Assembly: GCA_043739185.1 (NCBI GenBank)
Contig: JAYUEN010000332.1
Span: forward strand, 96,001 to 160,000
Reading direction: 5' to 3'
Source: Bdellovibrionales bacterium
GTDB taxonomy: Bacteria > Bdellovibrionota > Bdellovibrionia > Bdellovibrionales > JAMPXM01
DNA: 64,000 nucleotides
This document shows, piece after piece, positions 57,381 to 64,000 of this stretch (position 1 is its first letter; each line of letters opens with the position of its first letter). Made by a program: the position numbers and the translations under genes. The notes beneath the pieces are model-generated. The model ran no database searches and had not been told where the DNA came from. It worked only from the letters and a program-made list of their open reading frames with translations.

Positions 57381-58907
57381 GTGACGCTGCAAAGACCAAG
57401 CTTTCATTTTCTAAAAAATCTCACCACTGCAAGTTTATTTTTAACTGCTTTCTGCAGCTGCACGCCCAAGATATCAAGCCCTAGTAACGAGGTTCGAATG
57501 ATTTTGGGCTCGCCGCCGGCAAGCCTCGATCCACGTCTTGCGACAGACGCCGTCGGCATGGGCATTTCGAGTCTGGTTTTCAGCGCGCTTTTTCATCTTG
57601 ATTCGCATCTTGGTCTTGTCGGAGAATTTGCTGAATCTTGGTCATTTCGCGACTTGACCTATCGATTTTCCCTTCGCCCTGGGCTGCGCTTTTCAGATCA
57701 ACAGAAAGTTACCCGCGAAGACATTTTGTTTTCCTTTGCGGAGTTCATGAGCGCAAAGTCCCCATTTAGCAGCAACTTCAAAATGATCGATCACATCGAA
57801 GCTGAGTATTCAGACACAAAACATTTTCTCAATATTAAGCTCAGTAGGTTTTCTTCCTCTTTTCTAACCGATTTGAGAGTCGTTAAAATTTTACCAAAAA
57901 ATCTGGTACTCAAAGACCCGAACTTCGCTCAGCGGCCCATCGGTAGCGGAAATTTTGTCATTACCAAAGAAGACAGCAATCTTTTACAGTTGCAAGTACG
58001 TACCGATTTAAATTTGCAAAAGCCAAATTTTAAATTTCTCAATTTGTATTTTGTTCGCGATGACTACACACGCTTTCTAAAACTACTGACTGGCGAAGTC
58101 GACATAGCTGAAAATGAAATTGATTTGCGACGAGTCAATGAATTCATTAAACGTCCGCACGAATTTGAAGTTCAAAAAAATCCAAGCCTATCAATGGCAT
58201 ATATTTTAATAAATATGAAAAAAGATGTTTTTAAAAATCTGAAGTTGAGGCAAGCACTTCATTTGGCGGTAAACAGAAAAGATCTTTTAACCTATAAATT
58301 AGAGGGCCTCGCCCTACCCGCCACCTCCTTGCTTTCGCCAATTCACCCAATGTTCAATGCTTCATTGAAAGTTCCTGATTTCAATTTGCAAGCTGCAAAG
58401 CAACTTCTCTCGGGATTGAACTTGGGCACTAAGCCCATCAGCTTTAAGAGTTCAAATGCTCCAAGTGCGGTCGAAAATGTTTCGGTAATAGTTGATCAAT
58501 TTAAAAAATTAGGATTGCATTTTAAACAACAGAGTTTCGAGTGGGGCACATTTTATGCCGATATTAAGTCGGGAAATTTTGACTTGGCTCTTTCGAAATG
58601 GGTGGGACTCATTGATGCCGATATCTATCGCCAGGCTTTTCATTCTCATGAAACTCCTCCTGGACGAAATCGCGGATTTTATGCCAATCCCCACCTAGAT
58701 GAGCTTGTCGATAAAGCCCTTCAAACCCAGGATTTTGAGAAGCGGCGCGAATTTTACCTCGAAGCTCAAGAGCTCGTTTTTGCAGATCTTCCGATTATAC
58801 CAATGTGGTATGACCTCGATATTGCAATTGTGAGTCGTCGAATAAAAAACTTTCACGCTTATCCGAGTGGTGACTTTCAATTTGCCAATGAGATTGAAAA
58901 AGATTGA
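57381..58907 (+). CDS. ABC transporter family-5 (peptide-type) substrate-binding lipoprotein
   Basis: Lipobox FCSC, SLDP, LRPGLRFSD, PIGSG, RQALHLAVNR and N..FYANP.LDEL; start uncertain. Confidence 0.88.
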   Translation: MTLQRPSFHFLKNLTTASLFLTAFCSCTPKISSPSNEVRMILGSPPASLDPRLATDAVGMGISSLVFSALFHLDSHLGLVGEFAESWSFRDLTYRFSLRPGLRFSDQQKVTREDILFSFAEFMSAKSPFSSNFKMIDHIEAEYSDTKHFLNIKLSRFSSSFLTDLRVVKILPKNLVLKDPNFAQRPIGSGNFVITKEDSNLLQLQVRTDLNLQKPNFKFLNLYFVRDDYTRFLKLLTGEVDIAENEIDLRRVNEFIKRPHEFEVQKNPSLSMAYILINMKKDVFKNLKLRQALHLAVNRKDLLTYKLEGLALPATSLLSPIHPMFNASLKVPDFNLQAAKQLLSGLNLGTKPISFKSSNAPSAVENVSVIVDQFKKLGLHFKQQSFEWGTFYADIKSGNFDLALSKWVGLIDADIYRQAFHSHETPPGRNRGFYANPHLDELVDKALQTQDFEKRREFYLEAQELVFADLPIIPMWYDLDIAIVSRRIKNFHAYPSGDFQFANEIEKD

Positions 58908-58928
58908 GGACAAGTGCTGCAACAGGCC

Positions 58929-59936
58929 TTACTTCGCAAGCTTGGCTTTATCAATTTCAATAGAATCTAGAGCTGAACTGGTGGTTTCTGGGGGTGAAGT
59001 CAGATCATCGACGAGTTTGACTTTGGGATAAGGACTTGCGGTGGGAAGATTATTTTTCACAATTAATTCATTTGAAATTCTCAGAGCCAATTTTTCAAGT
59101 TGTTTGAATTCGTCACTCGCACGCAATCGAAGTACCCGCGGTCGATCATTGATCAAATCGTCTACATATTTTTCAAAGGCAAAAATGGGTCCAGCCAATC
59201 TTTGAGATAAAATTCTTCCGGTTAAAAATAAAATGACACTAAAAGCGAGACTCACAACAACAAAGTTGAAAATGAAAGGAATCAGATACTGCTCAAGCAA
59301 TCTCGCATTATTTCCAATTAAATCTGAAATGGTCACTTTCATAAAAGTATAAGAGTAAACCCCAGAAATAACAGAGAACCCTAAGCCGATGGCCACTAAA
59401 ATCATACAATAGCGCAATTGAAATCTAAAATTGACCCATTTTACTTTTCGAGTTTCAGATTCTGGCCAAAGAATTTCACCTTCGCGCAGTAGCGCCAGTG
59501 CGATCATTCCGTAGCCAACCCACTGTAAGGCATCTGCCATATTGAAGGCCGGAGTCGATTGCTTTTGAGTACCGATAATAAGAAAGTCGACAACGTAACC
59601 GGTGAGGATGCGATCTGTGACATTTCCTAAAATTCCACCAATTAGGATTGAAAGTCCTGCTCTTAAGGTGAGAGATTTAATTGGCATTAAAAATTGAATG
59701 ACGACAAATAAGAATAGTAAGAAGGCGCCACCGGTCGAGAAAGAAACGACCCGCAAGACTGCAGGTAAAGACGAAAATAATCCCAACATCGCGCCGTGAT
59801 TGTGATGCAATGAGAGACCAAAAATTCCTAAAGACTTATATCCCTGTAGACGTTCTGCTGACATTTTGGTTAGACGATCGAGTCCCCAGGTAAAAAACAG
59901 CGGCAAAATGACTAAAAACCATTCTTTCTTATGCAC
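58929..59936 (-). CDS. lspA: Signal peptidase II (LspA) fused to an extra C-terminal membrane domain
   Basis: LDRLTK, NHGA, GNVTDR, VVDF and FNMAD in the first about 150 aa, followed by two more TMs and a HAMP-like segment. Confidence 0.85.
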   Translation of the reverse strand: MHKKEWFLVILPLFFTWGLDRLTKMSAERLQGYKSLGIFGLSLHHNHGAMLGLFSSLPAVLRVVSFSTGGAFLLFLFVVIQFLMPIKSLTLRAGLSILIGGILGNVTDRILTGYVVDFLIIGTQKQSTPAFNMADALQWVGYGMIALALLREGEILWPESETRKVKWVNFRFQLRYCMILVAIGLGFSVISGVYSYTFMKVTISDLIGNNARLLEQYLIPFIFNFVVVSLAFSVILFLTGRILSQRLAGPIFAFEKYVDDLINDRPRVLRLRASDEFKQLEKLALRISNELIVKNNLPTASPYPKVKLVDDLTSPPETTSSALDSIEIDKAKLAK

Positions 59937-59954
59937 AAGGCCTCACTTTAAATC

Positions 59955-60857
59955 TTACTTCTTAGGCTTTCTCGGCTTATGATCAACAAGTTGCTTAACG
60001 AAATTGTCATAAACAGAATCATCGCTTTGCCCTTTTCCAAATACGTCGTCAACAATCGGCTTCGGTTTAGAACCATCGGCAAGAGCCGTCTTTTGCTTAA
60101 CCTCAAACTTAATACTGCCGCCACTTTCATGAGCTTCGTAAGACTTACGATTGTCGTGTTCGGCGCGAATGCGTCCTTGTAAAACGTCCATCGAGTCATG
60201 AGACACCGTCGCCTTAATTTTTTTACTGACGATGTCATATCTTTCGGTCGCGACATTTTTTGCAAGAGCTATATTTTCACCTGGTACCGACTCGACATAA
60301 ATTTGAGATACGATACTTAAATTGGCATCTTCAATTCCGACGACGATACTTTTTATCTTTTCCATATTGCTTGAAAAAGTCGTGGCAATTTTCGCAGTGC
60401 CTTTTTCAAATAGCAAATTATCATTGACTTCAAACTGCACACTATTCGGACCAATTTGAACATTTTGTGCAGCATCACCTAACTCTTCAGCCAGATAAGC
60501 CATGACTACTTTTTTCATGCCCATAGCCATTAAATTTGGATGTGGCTCAATGGGTTTAATGAAATCTTGCAAAGCTTTCAAAGGATCATTGGTAATATCC
60601 AAAAATAACTTTTCAAGTGTCAACTCGACTCCGTAGTTACTAAATTCATATTCAATTACACTCGGAGTTGAAAAATAATCTGAGACCTGCTTTTTACTTT
60701 CTTCGGTCGAGCTACTGAGCAGCCACATCACCAAGAAAAAGCACATCATCGCTGTCATGAAGTCGGCAAAGGCAACCTTCCACGCACCGCCGTGGGCTCC
60801 GCCGCCCGCGATGGTAATTTTCTTAATAACAATGGTTGCGCCTTTTTTCTCAGCCAC
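59955..60857 (-). CDS. motB: MotB-family stator protein with a divergent periplasmic domain
   Basis: [27 protein letters not shown] carrying the proton-binding Asp. Confidence 0.88.
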   Translation of the reverse strand: MAEKKGATIVIKKITIAGGGAHGGAWKVAFADFMTAMMCFFLVMWLLSSSTEESKKQVSDYFSTPSVIEYEFSNYGVELTLEKLFLDITNDPLKALQDFIKPIEPHPNLMAMGMKKVVMAYLAEELGDAAQNVQIGPNSVQFEVNDNLLFEKGTAKIATTFSSNMEKIKSIVVGIEDANLSIVSQIYVESVPGENIALAKNVATERYDIVSKKIKATVSHDSMDVLQGRIRAEHDNRKSYEAHESGGSIKFEVKQKTALADGSKPKPIVDDVFGKGQSDDSVYDNFVKQLVDHKPRKPKK

Positions 60858-60860
60858 AGA

Positions 60861-61715
60861 TTACGCCGCTTTCTTTTTGACTGCTGCATCTACTTCTTCA
60901 AAACTCGGTCGTTCGCCAGGAGCGATCGATCTACGACCAAACTCGACACAAACCGTTGGTGGCGCGCCTCTTTGTAAAGCGACCATAGAAGCTTTGATGA
61001 CTTTCAAATACTGACCCTCAGCATCGATATCTTTCATCATCTTCGCAGATGTGGGTCCGATGAATCCGTAACTGAATAAAATTCCTAAAAATGTTCCGAC
61101 GAGAGCGGCCGCGACTGCTTCTCCGATTGCCGCTTGACCTTGATCCAAAATTCCCATGGTATGCACAACTCCTAATACCGCAGCCACGATCCCGAGACCA
61201 GGCATCGCTTCCCCAACTGTATTTACGGCGTGTGCAGCAATGTGCTCTTCCTCATGAGCAGCCTTGATATCTTGATCTAAAAGATCGTCGACATCGTATT
61301 GCGAAAGATCAGCTGATAAAGTGATCTTCATAGTGTCACAAAGAAAATGAACCGCATGATGGTTTTTGACAAAGGTCGGAAAGTTTTTGAAAATGTCACT
61401 TTTTTCAGGATCTTCAATGTGTTTCTCAACTGCTTGTGGTCCATCTTTTCTGAAAAGCTGAAACAGCTGATACATCATTTGCATGAGTTCAATATACTCT
61501 TTTTTGCCCGGACCGCCGCCCATCCAAGCATGAATAGCTTGCTTGATGGCCAATTTTAAAACCGAAAATGGATTGGCAATGATCAAACTTCCAAAAGCCG
61601 CTCCGCAAATAATCACTAACTCGGCAGGTTGAAACAAGATATGCAGATGGGTGCCTTCCATGAGGGCGCCACCTATCACGCAAACTATTACAATTACGGC
61701 TCCGACTGCTCCCAT
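60861..61715 (-). CDS. motA: MotA stator protein
   Basis: QPAELVIICG, PGLGIVAAVLG, ALVGTFLGI, EFGR and RPSFEE; AGAGG RBS before ATG 61715. Confidence 0.95.
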   Translation of the reverse strand: MGAVGAVIVIVCVIGGALMEGTHLHILFQPAELVIICGAAFGSLIIANPFSVLKLAIKQAIHAWMGGGPGKKEYIELMQMMYQLFQLFRKDGPQAVEKHIEDPEKSDIFKNFPTFVKNHHAVHFLCDTMKITLSADLSQYDVDDLLDQDIKAAHEEEHIAAHAVNTVGEAMPGLGIVAAVLGVVHTMGILDQGQAAIGEAVAAALVGTFLGILFSYGFIGPTSAKMMKDIDAEGQYLKVIKASMVALQRGAPPTVCVEFGRRSIAPGERPSFEEVDAAVKKKAA

Positions 61716-61740
61716 GATTACACCTCTACTTCTAGAATCC

Positions 61741-61768
61741 CGATCGGCAATTGCGCTTTGCTTATTGA
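61741..61768 (-). promoter_or_regulatory. Candidate sigma-28 (FliA) promoter for motAB
   Basis: Minus strand TCAA-N16-GCCGATCG about 25 bp upstream of motA, resembling TAAA-N15-GCCGATAA. Confidence 0.4.
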
Positions 61769-61903
61769 GACATAAGGGCACATGAGTAAAAGAATTCGAC
61801 ATTGGTCAAGGCATTGACTGGCTCAAAGTGAGATTTTTCAAAACTCTAGCCTAAAGTACACAATCAACTTTACAGCAAAGCCATTTGAGCCGAAGATACA
61901 GTT

Positions 61904-63775
61904 ATGAAAACAATAGGTTCTCTCTCTACATTTTTGCTTGCAGTGATTTTACCTTTAGCCTTAAGTACAATTGCCAAGGCAGAATCTGAAATCAATCAAG
62001 ACCCCTTGAGTATTTTAGAAAGTCATTTCAATCCTTCTAAAGTTTCCGCCGGTGGAACTGCCGAAGTCGTTTTTAAACTTCAACTCGATAAAAATTTTCA
62101 CGCATACGCAGATCGCTTTAAGGTCAAATTTGAGAATCCAGAAGAAATTAAATTAGACAAAATCAAGATCAGCCCCTTGGTGCAATTCAAAGATGCGGTC
62201 AGTGGCAAGCTAAAAGAAGGAATGGAAGGGAATGCCACCCTTTCAGCCCTAACTGAATTCCCCGTTGGAATGAAATCCGGAAATCTCAATGTCGATATAG
62301 CCCTCACCTACCAAGCTTGCTCGAAAGAAACCTGTCTCTTCCCAAAGACCATTCACATCAAAGTACCTTTTGAGCTTCTCGGTAGCGCAAAGCCAGCTGA
62401 GGTGACCTTGGCCGCAGCAGGGGTTAGCTCAAAAATTGAGAACTCCGGGAAAAAATCGGATCTCGAAAATGCTCTCAGCAAAGGCGTATTGTCGGCAATT
62501 CTTTTTGTCTTCGCAGTGGGTTTTTTGACTTCACTCACACCTTGTATTTATCCGATGATTCCAATTACTCTTGCGGTCTTAGGTGCCAAGAGCAAGGACC
62601 AAACAAAAGGCAAATCTTTTTTACTCAGTATCACCTACGTTTTAGGAATCGCGCTGACCTATAGTATATTGGGAGTCATTGCCGCCAGTACCGGATCGCT
62701 TTTTGGTTCAGCACTCAGCAACGTTTATGTAGTTACAGCAATAGCATTGGTTTTTGTGGTGATGGGTCTTAGTATGTATGGGCTGTTTGAACTTCAAGCA
62801 CCAGCTTTTATTCGAAATCGCTTAGGATCAGGACAAACGCAGGCTGGATACGGAGGCGCCTTCGCTACCGGCTTAATTGCTGGGATCGTGGCCAGCCCTT
62901 GTATCGGTCCTGTTCTCGTCACCATCTTAGCTTATATTGCACAAACTCAAAATTTGATGCTCGGCTTTATTTTACTTTTTACTTTCGCAATGGGCATGGG
63001 AGTACTTTTCGTTGTCTTAGGAACTTTCAGTCAACTCTTCGGAAAAGTACCCAAAGCGGGCGCATGGATGGAGAGCGTAAAATTTATTTTCGGCACCACC
63101 ATGGTAGGAATGGGACTCTATTATGTTGCTCCCATTTATCCGGCCTGGCTCTTTCAAGCATTGCTTGCTTTCGCACTTATTCTCCTTGCCAGTAACTTTG
63201 GTGCCTTCGATGCGAATCAGGGATTAGGTCCGGTTGGACGAATGCGAAAAGGCATTATGCTCAGTGTTTTTGTCATCGGCACCCTCTTTGCCGTCATGAG
63301 TACTCTTAATAAAATGGATGTTCATTTTTCTGGTGGAGCTGGGCAAGAATATGCATCCAATCAGAAAAACCCCAATATCAAAAAAATGAACTGGCAGACT
63401 TTCTCAAGCGAAAGTCTCGCACAAGCAGCTCAGGGTCATCGTGCAGTCATAGTCGATTTTTCTGCCGACTGGTGTGGGGCGTGTAAGGAACTTGAAAAAT
63501 ATACCTTCAATGACGAAAAGATCATTGATGAATCCCAACGCTTTTCACTATTACGTGTCGATGCAACTGAGGAGTCTGAAATCCTTACCAAGTTAAAGAA
63601 TCAATTTAAAGTCGTTGGCCTTCCAACGATGATTTTTATTGATAGCAACGGCAAAATTATAGATAGCCTAACCTTAACAGGATTTGAAGAAGCTCCGGAG
63701 TTTTTAAAGCGTATGAAAAGCGTACAAGTTGATGCCCCACGCGAACAACAAAGATCATTGTCTTCACAAAAATGA
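61904..63775 (+). CDS. dsbD: Thiol:disulfide interchange protein DsbD
   Basis: YQAC...C alpha domain, TPCIYPMIP and ASPC TM domain, WCGAC thioredoxin domain. Confidence 0.95.
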   Translation: MKTIGSLSTFLLAVILPLALSTIAKAESEINQDPLSILESHFNPSKVSAGGTAEVVFKLQLDKNFHAYADRFKVKFENPEEIKLDKIKISPLVQFKDAVSGKLKEGMEGNATLSALTEFPVGMKSGNLNVDIALTYQACSKETCLFPKTIHIKVPFELLGSAKPAEVTLAAAGVSSKIENSGKKSDLENALSKGVLSAILFVFAVGFLTSLTPCIYPMIPITLAVLGAKSKDQTKGKSFLLSITYVLGIALTYSILGVIAASTGSLFGSALSNVYVVTAIALVFVVMGLSMYGLFELQAPAFIRNRLGSGQTQAGYGGAFATGLIAGIVASPCIGPVLVTILAYIAQTQNLMLGFILLFTFAMGMGVLFVVLGTFSQLFGKVPKAGAWMESVKFIFGTTMVGMGLYYVAPIYPAWLFQALLAFALILLASNFGAFDANQGLGPVGRMRKGIMLSVFVIGTLFAVMSTLNKMDVHFSGGAGQEYASNQKNPNIKKMNWQTFSSESLAQAAQGHRAVIVDFSADWCGACKELEKYTFNDEKIIDESQRFSLLRVDATEESEILTKLKNQFKVVGLPTMIFIDSNGKIIDSLTLTGFEEAPEFLKRMKSVQVDAPREQQRSLSSQK

Positions 63776-63806
63776 AGTTCGATTTGAAAATCGGCCTTAG
63801 GGTCAC

Positions 63807-64000
63807 TTAAGAGTTCTTAACTAATTTTTCGTATGGCGGCAGATTGCTGACTTGTTTGGCTTCAGCAAGATAGGCTTCTTTTAACTTCATTGCTGCTTTC
63901 CAGTAGGACATATAAAGCTCATGGTCATCGGGATTGGGATCTTCGGACTTTAATTCCTCTATTAACAGGCTAATTTCAATATCAACCGCTTGAATAGCCA
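63807..64000 (-). CDS. Partial (5-prime truncated) Tsi2-like T6SS immunity protein
   Basis: Open frame from the window edge: ...AIQAVDIEISLLIEELKSEDPNPDDHELYMSYWKAAMKLKEAYLAEAKQVSNLPPYEKLVKNS*, matching the Tsi2 pattern AIQxV...AA..LK.AY...LPPY..L as I recall it. Confidence 0.65.
   Translation of the reverse strand, partial: AIQAVDIEISLLIEELKSEDPNPDDHELYMSYWKAAMKLKEAYLAEAKQVSNLPPYEKLVKNS

Noticed and set aside
59955..61715. Zorya (ZorAB) anti-phage system
   Set aside because: MotA is normal length with no long cytoplasmic tail, and no zorC/D/E genes are adjacent.
1..64000. CRISPR arrays, tRNA/rRNA genes and IS transposases
   Set aside because: No regularly spaced direct repeats, cloverleaf or rRNA signatures, or transposase ORFs seen by eye.

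Overview
A gene-dense, moderately AT-rich bacterial chromosome segment whose gene content and style point to a predatory Bdellovibrionota (Bdellovibrionales-like) organism; the taxonomy is an inference. The core genes are addB-addA, coaE, a membrane Ser/Thr kinase, an acyl-CoA ligase, an M3 peptidase, nadK-recN, lpxH, a near-complete dcw cluster (rsmH-ftsL-ftsI-murE-murF-mraY-murD-ftsW-murG-murC-murB ... ftsQ-ftsA-ftsZ, without mraZ or ddl), tdk-hpt, dacB with a LysM lytic transglycosylase, a family-5 solute-binding protein, motA-motB-lspA and dsbD. The most unusual items are: (1) three paralogous TraF_2/FadL/PorV-like barrels interleaved with two Cys-containing lipoproteins; (2) a 716-aa protein with a strict 11/22/29-residue Trp periodicity; (3) a zinc-ribbon/TM protein whose C-terminus looks like a secretin domain; (4) a Tsi2-like T6SS immunity gene cut by the right edge and absent from the ORF track; (5) a LysR-linked reductase/dehydratase/cyclodeaminase cassette; (6) a 56-bp element present twice, 13 kb apart, and a 24-bp perfect palindrome inside the dcw cluster; (7) a bdhA plus esterase pair at the usual ddl position; (8) an LspA fusion. 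I saw no rRNA, tRNA, CRISPR array, transposase or prophage. All family calls come from motif recognition by eye, not database searches.
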